From assembly GCA_033762915.1 (NCBI GenBank), contig JANRLD010000066.1:1-54689 (forward strand): a DNA stretch of 54,689 nucleotides, written 5' to 3'. The DNA comes from Meiothermus sp. (lineage in GTDB: Bacteria > Deinococcota > Deinococci > Deinococcales > Thermaceae). Below, piece after piece: positions 10,293 to 19,133 of this stretch (within the stretch, counting starts at the first letter, position 1; each line of letters opens with the position of its first letter). The position numbers were made by a program, and so were the translations under genes. The notes under the pieces are model-generated. The model saw nothing but the letters and a program-made list of their open reading frames with translations, was not told the origin of the DNA and ran no database searches.

Positions 10293-11333
10293 TCACGGTT
10301 CGTATACGTCAATAATCCCCAGCCCGGCGCGGGTGCTTACGTCGCGCAGGTAGAGCGACTCGCCGTGGGGGATTACGGCCCCGGCCTCGAGGTTGGGTCT
10401 CGAGGCGAGGCCCACCGAGAGGTTGCCGGGGATGTGGGCGATGCGGACACCGCTCTTGGCCGGGGCCAGGCGAAGGCGGCCCAGGGCGGGGTCGCCGAGC
10501 GGTCGGCCCAGCTCGGTCTCGGCAAAGAGGGCCAGCGAGGCACGGTGCTGGAGGGGCCTGGGCCCGGTGTAGTCGAGGATTGCGGTGGGCACCGGGACGC
10601 CCTCGAGGCCCACCACGCTGAGCTCACCGACGGCCTGGCCCCCCAGCTTCAGGGTGCTGCCGAAGGGGATGGTGTCGCCGACCTTGAGCGGCCTGGCAGA
10701 GGCTACCTCGAGGCCCTCCGGCAGCCGCACGATGCGCAGGCCGCCCTTGGTCAGTACCACCACCAAGCCCTGCAGGGCCGCGATGCTCAGACGCTGGCCC
10801 AGGTCCACGCGCTCGAGGCCGCCCAGGCTGAACGTGACCGGGTTGCGACCGTCCAGGCTTAACTCTCCTCTACCCCAGCGCTCAGGCGTGGCGGTGGGGT
10901 TCTTGCTCAAGAAGATCCCCGTGTCGGTGAGTTTGGCCGGGGCGTCGGGCCGCCGGGGTGGGAGCTGGAGGGTGGGGCTTTTGGTCTTGGGGGTCAGCGG
11001 TCGGGTAGGGTCGCGCTCGCGGGAGTAGGTCAGGGCGGGGGCCGAGAGGCCGGCCGCGAGGGTGGCCGTCGAGGGGGACGGCGACTTCTGCGGGACCGCC
11101 CTGGGTCTGCCCGGCAGCCTGAGGCCCGGCTCGGCCCCCGGCTTGAGTAGCCCCTCGCCGAACTCCCTCAGGCCGCTCCAGCCGCGCAGGAGCAGGATCA
11201 GGATGGCCGGTATGAAGGGGATCAGCAGCCACCACACCAGCCCCAGCAGGAAGTCCGAGGCGGCGGCCCAGGCCAGCCCGACCCCAGCCACTGCGGCGAG
11301 TGCCCAGGCCACCCTGGTGACGGACTCGAACAT
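10293..11333 (-). CDS. Hypothetical membrane protein (2 N-terminal TM helices, Pro-rich linker, duplicated C-terminal beta domain)
   Basis: Long ORF with host-like codon usage. Start chosen at MFESVTR; the ORF is open to 11453. Confidence 0.7.
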   Translation of the reverse strand: MFESVTRVAWALAAVAGVGLAWAAASDFLLGLVWWLLIPFIPAILILLLRGWSGLREFGEGLLKPGAEPGLRLPGRPRAVPQKSPSPSTATLAAGLSAPALTYSRERDPTRPLTPKTKSPTLQLPPRRPDAPAKLTDTGIFLSKNPTATPERWGRGELSLDGRNPVTFSLGGLERVDLGQRLSIAALQGLVVVLTKGGLRIVRLPEGLEVASARPLKVGDTIPFGSTLKLGGQAVGELSVVGLEGVPVPTAILDYTGPRPLQHRASLALFAETELGRPLGDPALGRLRLAPAKSGVRIAHIPGNLSVGLASRPNLEAGAVIPHGESLYLRDVSTRAGLGIIDVYEP

Positions 11334-11630
11334 CCTCGAACGATTCGGGCGGTGCGACAAGGGATGGTTGGACACCGGCAATTGGGTTTCTAAGATACTC
11401 GGCGGTTGCTTCTTGTGCATTAAACCCTCCGCCCTACGGCGATTTATACCCACCCTAAAGCGCAGTCTACCGGGAAGCGGCGAGGATACTCAAGCCGATC
11501 TAACCAAAATCAAAGAAATTAAGGCTTCTTAAGCGCCTCAGGGCCGGCCGCGAAACCGGCCAAAAACGCGGCAGGCGCGTGGGCCACGCTCTCACGGCTC
11601 CATCACCCACAGCGCATATCGTTTGGGGCG

Positions 11631-14216
11631 ATGAAACGACTGGTTTGCGCAATTTTGTTCTTATCCGCAGCGCTCGCGGCCCCGCTCCAGGAGGTCGAGG
11701 TGCGCGGCACCGACGCGGTGCTGGCGGCCCTGGTGCGGATCTCGCTGCCCTTCGGGGTGGGCGACGAGCCAGGCGACCTGGGCCAAGCCAGGGCCGCCGT
11801 GCTGGGCACGGGCTATTTCCGCGACGCCAGGGTGACCCTCGAGGGCTCCAAGCTGATCGTAGAGGTGACCCCCAATCCCACCATCACCAAGGTAGCCACC
11901 ACCGCCAAGATATTCCCCGAGGCGGCCTTTTTGCGCTACCTCGAGAGCGAGCAGGCCATCGGGGTAGGCTCGACCTTCAACCCCAACCGGGCCACCGAGG
12001 CTGCCGCCGCCATCGCCCGCATCTACCGTCAGGAGGGCAACCTGCCCTTCGAGCCCAGGGTCACCCCGGAGGCTAAGGACGTGACCGGCGGGGTCGAGCT
12101 GACCTTCACCATCGACGAGACCCCCACCATCAGCCGGGTCGAGCTGGGGCCCTCGAGCTACGTGCCCAGGGCGCAGCTCGAGCCGCTCTTCGCGGCCATC
12201 CCGGTCGAGGGCAAGTTCAACTTCGAGCGCTTCCGCGAGGCCATCACCCGCAGCGGCGAGCTGTACGCCACAGCGGGCTATCGGGGCAGCGGGGTGGACC
12301 TGGCCCAGACTGTGCTGGACGGCGAGGTGCTCAAGGTCAGCTTCAGCGAGCTGAAGATCGCCGAGATCAACCCCGGCGGCCTGGACATCAGCAGCCTGGG
12401 CCTCAAGGTCGGCGACCCCTTCAACTGGGACAAGGTTCTGGACGGCATCAACGCGCTCTCGAGGCAGCTCAGCCGGGTGGTGGAGTTCCGCCCCGAGCGC
12501 CTGGAGGACGACGGGGTGCGGCTCAGCTTCCAGGCCGGGGCCCAGCGCTTCGGGGCCATCACCGCCGTGCGGCTCGAGGGCAACACGGCCCTCCCCACCG
12601 CCCAACTCCAGGCCGCGCTGCGCCTCAAGCCCGGCGACGAGTACAACCCCGCCCTGGCCCAGGAGGACTTCGCCCGCATCCTGGGACTCTACCGCAATGC
12701 GGGGGTGTTCATCGTCGAGCAGCCCACGCCCAGCTTCGAGAACGGCGTCTACGTACAGCGCGTCCGCGAGGTCAAGATCGCCGGGTACCAGCTCAACCCC
12801 GCCCCCACCCGCACCGAGCCCTCCGTCTTCCTGCGCGAGATGCCCCCAGTCGGCTCGCTCCTTACCCAGTCCGGCATCCGCAACGGCATCACCAACATCC
12901 TGCGCACCGGCCTGGTCTCCGAGCCCCCCATCCCCAACATCCAGCCCACCGACCAGCCCGACCAGGTGACCCTGGTGCTGCCCATCCGCGAGCAGCGCAC
13001 CGGGGCCTTCACCCCCAGCATCGGGGCCAGCAGCGTCAGCGGTTCCTGGACTTTCGAGGGCAACATCGGGTTCCGCGACACCAACCTGTGGGGGCTGGCC
13101 CACCAGTATGACGTGAACCTGGGCCTCAACAACAACGACGCCGGACAGATTCTTAACTTCACCGCCGGTTACCGCATCCCCTGGCTCTACCTGGACTTCG
13201 CCGATTTCAAGCGGGTGCGCACCGCCCTCAACTTCAGCCTCTACTCCACCCCCAGCGGCAACGTCAGCTTCAAGCTGCCGCAACCCCAGAGCTTCGGCGG
13301 CGGCCCCATCGACTACAACGGCGACGGGGCCATCAACGCCGACGACAAGCCCAACTGGGAATACACCGAGCGACGCACCGGCTTCGGGGTCGGGATCAGC
13401 CGACCCATCTCCGCCGACCTGCCCAACCTGCGGCTCAACGCCGGGGTCTCCTACGAGTTCGTGCAGACCTTCCTCGAGGAAGGCGACCCCAACCGCCCCC
13501 GCTGCTACGGGCGCAGCCTTAACCCCGACGGCACCATCGCCAGGGTCGAGCTGGTCCCCTGTAGCGAGGCCATCCTCGCCGACGCTCGCAGCCAGTTCGC
13601 CGGCGCGCTCCAGCCCTACCAGACCCTGCGTTTCGATGTGGGGGCCACCTTCACCCAGCTCAACAGCCCCTTCTTCCCCACCCAGGGCTACCTGGTGACC
13701 GGGGCCACCGGCCTGGGCTTCAGCTTCCCGCAGTCGGGCGGCAGCTCGACCTTCGTGCCCTTCACCATCACCGGGCGCACCTACTTCCCGCTCGACACCG
13801 AGAACCGCCAGGCCCTGATGCTGCGCCTTTCGGCGGGCACCATCCTGGGCACCCCCCAGGCCAGCCAGGCCTTCAGCCTGGGCGGCAACCAGACCGACCT
13901 GACCACCCTGCGCGGCTACGACACCAAGTTCCTCGACGGCGGCACCACCGTCCTAAACGGCACCGTGGAGTACGCCTACGACTTCGGCCTCAGCCCCACC
14001 GGCGGCACCCAGCTCTACGGCTACGTCTTCACCGACTTTGGCAGCCTGTGGCCCTCCGCCACCCAGCCGCAGGGCCTCTACGCGGGCCTGGGCTTCGGGC
14101 TCCAACTCAACCTCGACCTGCTGGGCGCGCTGCTGCCCCCCATCCGCCTCGACTACGGCTTCAGCGAGCGCAACCCCACCGGCAAGTTTTCAATCCGCTT
14201 CGGCGGGTCGTTCTAG
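11631..14216 (+). CDS. bamA: Outer membrane protein assembly factor (Omp85/BamA)
   Basis: Signal peptide, repeated POTRA-like units, NLWGLAH barrel start, LRGY motif, terminal Phe. Confidence 0.88.
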   Translation: MKRLVCAILFLSAALAAPLQEVEVRGTDAVLAALVRISLPFGVGDEPGDLGQARAAVLGTGYFRDARVTLEGSKLIVEVTPNPTITKVATTAKIFPEAAFLRYLESEQAIGVGSTFNPNRATEAAAAIARIYRQEGNLPFEPRVTPEAKDVTGGVELTFTIDETPTISRVELGPSSYVPRAQLEPLFAAIPVEGKFNFERFREAITRSGELYATAGYRGSGVDLAQTVLDGEVLKVSFSELKIAEINPGGLDISSLGLKVGDPFNWDKVLDGINALSRQLSRVVEFRPERLEDDGVRLSFQAGAQRFGAITAVRLEGNTALPTAQLQAALRLKPGDEYNPALAQEDFARILGLYRNAGVFIVEQPTPSFENGVYVQRVREVKIAGYQLNPAPTRTEPSVFLREMPPVGSLLTQSGIRNGITNILRTGLVSEPPIPNIQPTDQPDQVTLVLPIREQRTGAFTPSIGASSVSGSWTFEGNIGFRDTNLWGLAHQYDVNLGLNNNDAGQILNFTAGYRIPWLYLDFADFKRVRTALNFSLYSTPSGNVSFKLPQPQSFGGGPIDYNGDGAINADDKPNWEYTERRTGFGVGISRPISADLPNLRLNAGVSYEFVQTFLEEGDPNRPRCYGRSLNPDGTIARVELVPCSEAILADARSQFAGALQPYQTLRFDVGATFTQLNSPFFPTQGYLVTGATGLGFSFPQSGGSSTFVPFTITGRTYFPLDTENRQALMLRLSAGTILGTPQASQAFSLGGNQTDLTTLRGYDTKFLDGGTTVLNGTVEYAYDFGLSPTGGTQLYGYVFTDFGSLWPSATQPQGLYAGLGFGLQLNLDLLGALLPPIRLDYGFSERNPTGKFSIRFGGSF

Positions 14217-14377
14217 ACTCGAACCCGCCCGGGCCTTTGTGGATTTCTCAATTTAGGATTGAGTACAGGTAACACCCAGGCAGTGATTCGCGTCCAGTTC
14301 AAGTTTTAGGTGAGCCTATTCGCATCTACCCTTCTACCTCATCAAGGGCGACCCACGAAACCAGGTGGGCGAACGTG

Positions 14378-14800
14378 ATGGAACAGTTCCACTTGTCTGA
14401 AAATTGTTGGGCTGACCTCAATCCTCGCTCTGGGTATGGTTCTGGGGGCCTGTGGTTTTATAACCCAAGCTTCGCCCGCCCAGCCAGAAGTAACGTCCCC
14501 AACGGACGCTACCCCAACGGCTATCCTACGCCGTCGTACGGCATATTCGCAGGCTACTACCGGACAGGCGATATCGCGGTTGACCTGGACGTGGACATCA
14601 GCAGTTGGGCGGGCAGCCGCCCGCCGGTGTCGCTGTACATCGTCCACAGGGCGCCAGCGCCAACGCTCAAGTCAGCTTCTCCAACCTGCGCTTCGCCGAC
14701 TCCGACAACTTCAACCTGGGGTTGATCGGCGGAGGGAGCGCGGCCCCTGGGCAGCAACGGATACAGAACCTGCGGTGGCTCGAGTCCCGGCCTTTTGCGG
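14378..14800 (+). pseudogene. Probable frameshifted lipoprotein remnant
   Basis: Lipobox LALGMVLGAC in one frame. Protein-like segments (GYYRTGDIAVDLDVDISSW; ANAQVSFSNLRF) lie in the other two frames. Confidence 0.4.
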
Positions 14801-14875
14801 GCTTGGAGAGGACGCCGTCGGGCCGCCGACCTCGCGCTGTGCGCCGCCGCCGCCAACCCTTAGAATGCCCTAGGT

Positions 14876-16300
14876 ATGTCTGATTACGAAGCGGTGGTGG
14901 GCCTCGAGGTTCACCTGCACCTCAAGACCAAGACCAAGATGTTCTGTGGCTGCGAGGCCGACTACTTCGGCGACGCGCCCAACACCCACACCTGCCCGGT
15001 CTGCCTGGGCCTGCCCGGCGTGCTGCCCAGCGTGAACGCGAGGGCGGTGGACTACGGGATCATGTTCGGGCTGGCACTGGGCTGCCGGATCGCCCCCTTC
15101 ACCCAGTTCCACCGCAAGAGCTATTTCTACCCCGACATGCCCAAGAACTACCAGATTTCTCAGTACGACCTGCCCATCGCCGAGCACGGTCAGGTGGAGG
15201 TCGAGGGGCAGGTTGTGCGGATCAAGCGGGTTCACCTCGAGGAGGACGCCGCCAAGTCCAGCCACCCCGCCGGCCAGCCCTACTCGCTGATAGACCTCAA
15301 CCGTGCAGGCTCGCCCCTGATCGAGATGGTGACCGAGCCGGACATCAAGAGCGCCGAGCAGGCCAGGGTCTTCCTCTCGCACATCCGCTCCATCGCACAA
15401 ACCCTAGGCGTTTCCGACGCCAACCCCGAGGAGGGCAAGATGCGCGCCGACGTCAACGTCTCGGTGCGCAAGCCGGGCGAGGGGCTGGGGACCAAGGTCG
15501 AGATCAAGAACCTCAACAGCTTCCGCAGCGTGGCCCGGGCGCTCGAGTACGAGATCAAGCGGCAGGTCGAGCTGGCGCGGAGCGGGCGGGCGATTCAACA
15601 GGCCACCATGGGCTGGGACGAGGGGGCGGGCAAGACCTACGTGATGCGCCTCAAGGAAGGCGAGGCCGACTACCGCTACTTCCCCGAGCCCGACCTGCCA
15701 CCCATCGTGGTGGACGAGGGCTGGCTAGGTCAGATCAGGGACGCCATGCCCGAGCTCCCGGCGCAGAAGTACCGCCGCTACGTGGCCTCGGGCGTGCGCG
15801 AGTACGACGCCGAAATTCTGGCCTACAGCGCCTCGCTGGGCCGCTTCTTCGACGGGGCACTGGGCAGCTACAGCGGCAACCCCCAGACCCTCGCCAATCT
15901 GCTGAACGCCGACGTGGCGGGCTACCTGAACGAGCGGCAGCTCGAGATCCAGCAGACCCGCCTCACCCCCGAACACCTGGGCAGGCTGGCCGCAATGTTC
16001 GAGAAGCGCGAGATCACCAACCGCATCGTCGCCCAGCTTCTGCCCGAGATCATGGAGGGGGCCGACCCCGAGGCCTTGGTTAGCGAGCGCGGCCTCAAGT
16101 CGGTCTCCGACGAGAGCTCGCTGAAACCCATCCTCGAGAAAGTTCTTGCCGCCAACGCCAGCGTGGTCGAACAGATTCGGGGCGGCAACCTCAAGGCGGT
16201 CAATTCGCTGATCGGCCCCATCATGAAAGAAACCAAGGGGACCGCCAAGGCGGATGTGGTGCGCAGGATGCTCGGGGAAATGCTGGGTGTGGAGTTATGA
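14876..16300 (+). CDS. gatB: Asp/Glu-tRNA amidotransferase subunit B
   Basis: VVGLEVH, CPVCLGLPG, RKSYFYPDMPK, HLEEDA and DYRYFPEPD motifs. Confidence 0.97.
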   Translation: MSDYEAVVGLEVHLHLKTKTKMFCGCEADYFGDAPNTHTCPVCLGLPGVLPSVNARAVDYGIMFGLALGCRIAPFTQFHRKSYFYPDMPKNYQISQYDLPIAEHGQVEVEGQVVRIKRVHLEEDAAKSSHPAGQPYSLIDLNRAGSPLIEMVTEPDIKSAEQARVFLSHIRSIAQTLGVSDANPEEGKMRADVNVSVRKPGEGLGTKVEIKNLNSFRSVARALEYEIKRQVELARSGRAIQQATMGWDEGAGKTYVMRLKEGEADYRYFPEPDLPPIVVDEGWLGQIRDAMPELPAQKYRRYVASGVREYDAEILAYSASLGRFFDGALGSYSGNPQTLANLLNADVAGYLNERQLEIQQTRLTPEHLGRLAAMFEKREITNRIVAQLLPEIMEGADPEALVSERGLKSVSDESSLKPILEKVLAANASVVEQIRGGNLKAVNSLIGPIMKETKGTAKADVVRRMLGEMLGVEL

Positions 16301-17304
16301 GATACGAAGACGCGGGCGTGGACGTAGACCTCAAGGCCAGCACCCTCAGGGCCGCCGCGGGCAAGATCAAGGAGACCTATACGCCGGAGGTGCTGCGGGG
16401 CATCGGGGCCTTCGGGGGGATGATCGAGGTCTCGAGACTCAAGGGAATGGCGCAGCCGGTGCTGGTGGCCAGCACCGACGGGGTGGGCACCAAGACCCTG
16501 CTGGCGGCCCAGACCGGGCGCTGGGAGGGGCTGGGCTTCGACATCGTGAACCACTGCGTCAACGACCTGCTGGTGCAGGGGGCCAGGCCGCTGTTCTTCC
16601 TGGACTACGTGGCCAGCGCCAAGCTCGAGCCCGAAATCCTGGGCAAGGTGCTGGCCTCGCTGGTCGAGGCCTGCAAGGCTGTGGGCATCCCGCTGCTGGG
16701 CGGCGAGACTGCCGAGATGCCGGGGGTCTACCACCAGGGCGGCCTCGACCTGGTGGGCACGATCGTGGGGGCCGTGGACCGGGCGAACATCGTGGATGGC
16801 TCGAGGGTTCAGCCGGGCGACGTGCTGGTGGCCCTGCCCTCCTCGGGGCTGCACACCAACGGCTACAGTTTGGCCCGCAAAGTCTTCGCGGGCTGGAACC
16901 TGGAGGAGCCCAGGGCCGAGTTGGAGGGAAAGTCGCTGGCCGAGGCACTGCTCGAGCCGCACCGCTGTTACCTGGACCCGGTGTCGAGACTGCTCGAGGG
17001 GGGCGTAGACATCAAGGCCATGGCCCACATCACCGGCGGGGGCGTCTACGAGAACCTGCCCCGTGTCCTGCCGCCAGGCCTGGGCGCGGAGATTAAGGCC
17101 GGAAGCTGGGAAGTGCCCCCCGTTTTCGAGCTGATCCGGCGCGTGGGGAACGTCGAAACAACCGACCTGTACCGGGCTTTTAATATGGGTCTGGGCTACA
17201 TCTTAATACTCAGTCCAGACGCCGCAGGTAATCTTGGGACACTCTTACCCCATGCCTATACGGTAGGCTATATCATAGGCGAGCCGGGAATTACGGTTCA
17301 CTGA
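16297..17304 (+). CDS. purM: Phosphoribosylformylglycinamidine cyclo-ligase
   Basis: YEDAGVD, TDGVGTK, GGETAEMPG, SSGLHTNGYS, HITGGG and FNMG motifs. Confidence 0.97.
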   Translation: MRYEDAGVDVDLKASTLRAAAGKIKETYTPEVLRGIGAFGGMIEVSRLKGMAQPVLVASTDGVGTKTLLAAQTGRWEGLGFDIVNHCVNDLLVQGARPLFFLDYVASAKLEPEILGKVLASLVEACKAVGIPLLGGETAEMPGVYHQGGLDLVGTIVGAVDRANIVDGSRVQPGDVLVALPSSGLHTNGYSLARKVFAGWNLEEPRAELEGKSLAEALLEPHRCYLDPVSRLLEGGVDIKAMAHITGGGVYENLPRVLPPGLGAEIKAGSWEVPPVFELIRRVGNVETTDLYRAFNMGLGYILILSPDAAGNLGTLLPHAYTVGYIIGEPGITVH

Positions 17305-17327
17305 GTCCCCCCAAAAACCACAAGCCT

Positions 17328-17960
17328 ATGAAAGAACTCTGGTTCATTCGCCACGGCGAAACCCTCTGGAACGCTGAAGGACGCTTCCAAGGGCACTGTG
17401 ACGTAAACCTGTCCCCTCAGGGCCTCCACCAAGCCTATCTGGTCGCCGAGCGCCTGGGCCGCAGCCGCGACCAGTTCGACCACATCTACACCTCCGACCT
17501 CCAGCGGGCCACCCTCACCGCCAAGCCCATCGCAGAGACACTCAAGCTCCGCGTCCACACCGACCCGCGCCTGCGTGAAATCTACGCAGGCCAACTCCAG
17601 GGCCTGCTGCGCGCCGAGATCGAGGGCCTATTCCCCGAGTTTCAGGCCGCCGTCAAGGCCGACCCCTGGAACACCCAGCGCCCCGGCGGCGAGAGCATGG
17701 CCGACGTGGCGGCGAGGGTCAAAGACTTTATCGAGGACGTCCCTCAGGGTCGGCACATCGTGGTGGCCCACGGCGGCAGCATCCGCGCCGCCATCAAGCT
17801 GGTCCTGAACCTCGAGAACGGCACCTGGAAGAAGTTCCAGATCCAGAACACCTCCATCACCCGCCTGGTCTACCCCGACGGTCTGGCCCTGAGCGTGGGC
17901 GACGTAGGGCACCTCGAGGCCTGGGCCAACACCTTCAACGACGAAGTCACCATGTCGTGA
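17328..17960 (+). CDS. Histidine phosphatase family protein
   Basis: RHGET, SDL.RA, PGGES and AHGG motifs. Confidence 0.93.
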   Translation: MKELWFIRHGETLWNAEGRFQGHCDVNLSPQGLHQAYLVAERLGRSRDQFDHIYTSDLQRATLTAKPIAETLKLRVHTDPRLREIYAGQLQGLLRAEIEGLFPEFQAAVKADPWNTQRPGGESMADVAARVKDFIEDVPQGRHIVVAHGGSIRAAIKLVLNLENGTWKKFQIQNTSITRLVYPDGLALSVGDVGHLEAWANTFNDEVTMS

Positions 17961-18054
17961 GCAGACCTGAGAGCGGTTTTAGGGTCAGCCTTGCCCTATC
18001 GGCCTACTCCGGGCGAAGCCCCGCGGATGCCTTTCCCAGGGGGCAGCGGGCCTG

Positions 18055-18155
18055 AGAGCGGTTCCCACGAATACTCCCTAAGGCGCTAAAGCGGGCGGTT
18101 TTTGCTGGAGGGAGTACATTACCGCCGCGAGGGAGGTAAGGGTGGGCAACGCGAT
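18055..18155 (+). mobile_element. MITE/REP-like element, copy 1 (degenerate)
   Basis: AGAGCGGTTCCCACGAATACTCCCT...GGGAGTACATTACC...GTGGGCAACGCGAT, matching copies 3 and 4 in reverse complement. Confidence 0.8.
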
Positions 18156-18190
18156 GACTTCGTGCAGAAGGCACTTAGGGGTAAGAGCAA

Positions 18191-18221
18191 GGAGGAGGCA
18201 GTCCTGCCTCCTCCCTCTTTT
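18191..18221. terminator. Intrinsic terminator-like hairpin between convergent genes
   Basis: GGAGGAGGCA-GTCC-TGCCTCCTCC followed by CTCTTTT. Confidence 0.6.
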
Positions 18222-18229
18222 CCTGCTGC

Positions 18230-18715
18230 TTAAAAGCCTTGGGTCAGCCGCTCTGACGGTGCGTCCTCACCGGGAATCGGCTGGCGGGGGAGTTCGACCT
18301 CGAGGCCCAGGTGGGCCAGGGGGGCGTTGGACTCGAGGCTGCCCGCCATCACCAGATAGTCCATCTCGTCCAGCGACCAGAGCAGAATGTTTTGACGCTT
18401 GGCGATCTCGCGGGCGGCGGGGGTGAAGCCGAGTTCGCTGGAGACGCTGCTCGAGGACACCATGACCAGACGGTAGGGGCCGCGGCGGTCCAGGGCCACC
18501 AGCACCTGGGCCTCGTCCACCGCGCCCTCGGGCTCGACCAAAAACAGGTACTTGACCCCCGTAGGCGAGCGGGCGATCACCCCGTCGTGGCCGGAGGTCA
18601 GGTTGGCCACCCAACTGGGGCACATGTTGAGCAGGGCAACCACGTAGCGCAAAAAGCCCCTCTGGGCAGAGGCTGAACGGGGCAGGGCTGGTTGGGCCAG
18701 GTTGTCCATCAACAT
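18230..18715 (-). CDS. Stand-alone Mrr-like (PD-(D/E)xK fold) domain protein, degenerate
   Basis: GHDGVIARS...KYLFLVE and LVMVSSS...GFTPAAREIAKRQNILLWSLDEM resemble Mrr_cat. Confidence 0.6.
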   Translation of the reverse strand: MLMDNLAQPALPRSASAQRGFLRYVVALLNMCPSWVANLTSGHDGVIARSPTGVKYLFLVEPEGAVDEAQVLVALDRRGPYRLVMVSSSSVSSELGFTPAAREIAKRQNILLWSLDEMDYLVMAGSLESNAPLAHLGLEVELPRQPIPGEDAPSERLTQGF

Positions 18716-18908
18716 AGGTCTATTTGTAGCACTCCGTTAGTAAGGGCTTATGTGCAAATGTGAATGTTATTCTTGCTGTCAAGCTAATATTTCCCTCATC
18801 GCTTCAGAGAAGGCCGATGACAGCAAGATTCTCTTTCACATTTTCACGTAACGTCTCCGTAATGGGCGGGTTCACTATACCCAGAACTTCGGGACTCGGC
18901 AAGCGGTT

Positions 18909-19053
18909 TAGAGCGGTTCCCACGAACACTCGGTACGGCAAAAACCGCTGTACCGGTGCACTACTCCGCAGCGTGGGCGGAGTATGGGTGGGAACCGCGA
19001 TAGGGAGTAGATTACCTGACGCTGCGAGGGGGGTAAGGGTGGAAAACGCAATA
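18909..19053 (+). mobile_element. MITE/REP-like element, copy 2 (composite or nested)
   Basis: TA-GAGCGGTTCCCAC...GTGGGAACCGCGA-TA followed by the half element GGGAGTAGATTACC...GTAAGGGTGGAAAACGCAATA. Confidence 0.78.
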
Positions 19054-19133
19054 AGCACCCGCGTTTGCGCCAGGCCGGTGTTTTTCGTGTTCGTTCGCCA
19101 GGCTGTCTTGGCTCAACGCACCGCCCGCCTCGC

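Noticed and set aside
11661..13283. Long antisense ORFs (540 aa here; also 2002-3297, 6790-8307, 38440-39498, 50648-51919, 53944-54663)
   Set aside because: Typical stop-poor shadow frames opposite well-supported genes in high-GC DNA.
18038..18140. TPP-riboswitch-like words (GGGG..CTGAGA..GCGAGGGA)
   Set aside because: Lacks the ACCTGAT/P4-P5 core, lies between convergent genes with no thiamine gene downstream, and is explained by the MITE copy.
18835..18851. Possible Deinococcus radiation-response (RDRM) operator TTCACATTTTCACGTAA
   Set aside because: Only the right half matches; too weak to call.
18055..19053. Possible CRISPR or guide array near the nuclease-like gene
   Set aside because: Repeats are dispersed with no regular repeat-spacer period, and no cas genes are present.
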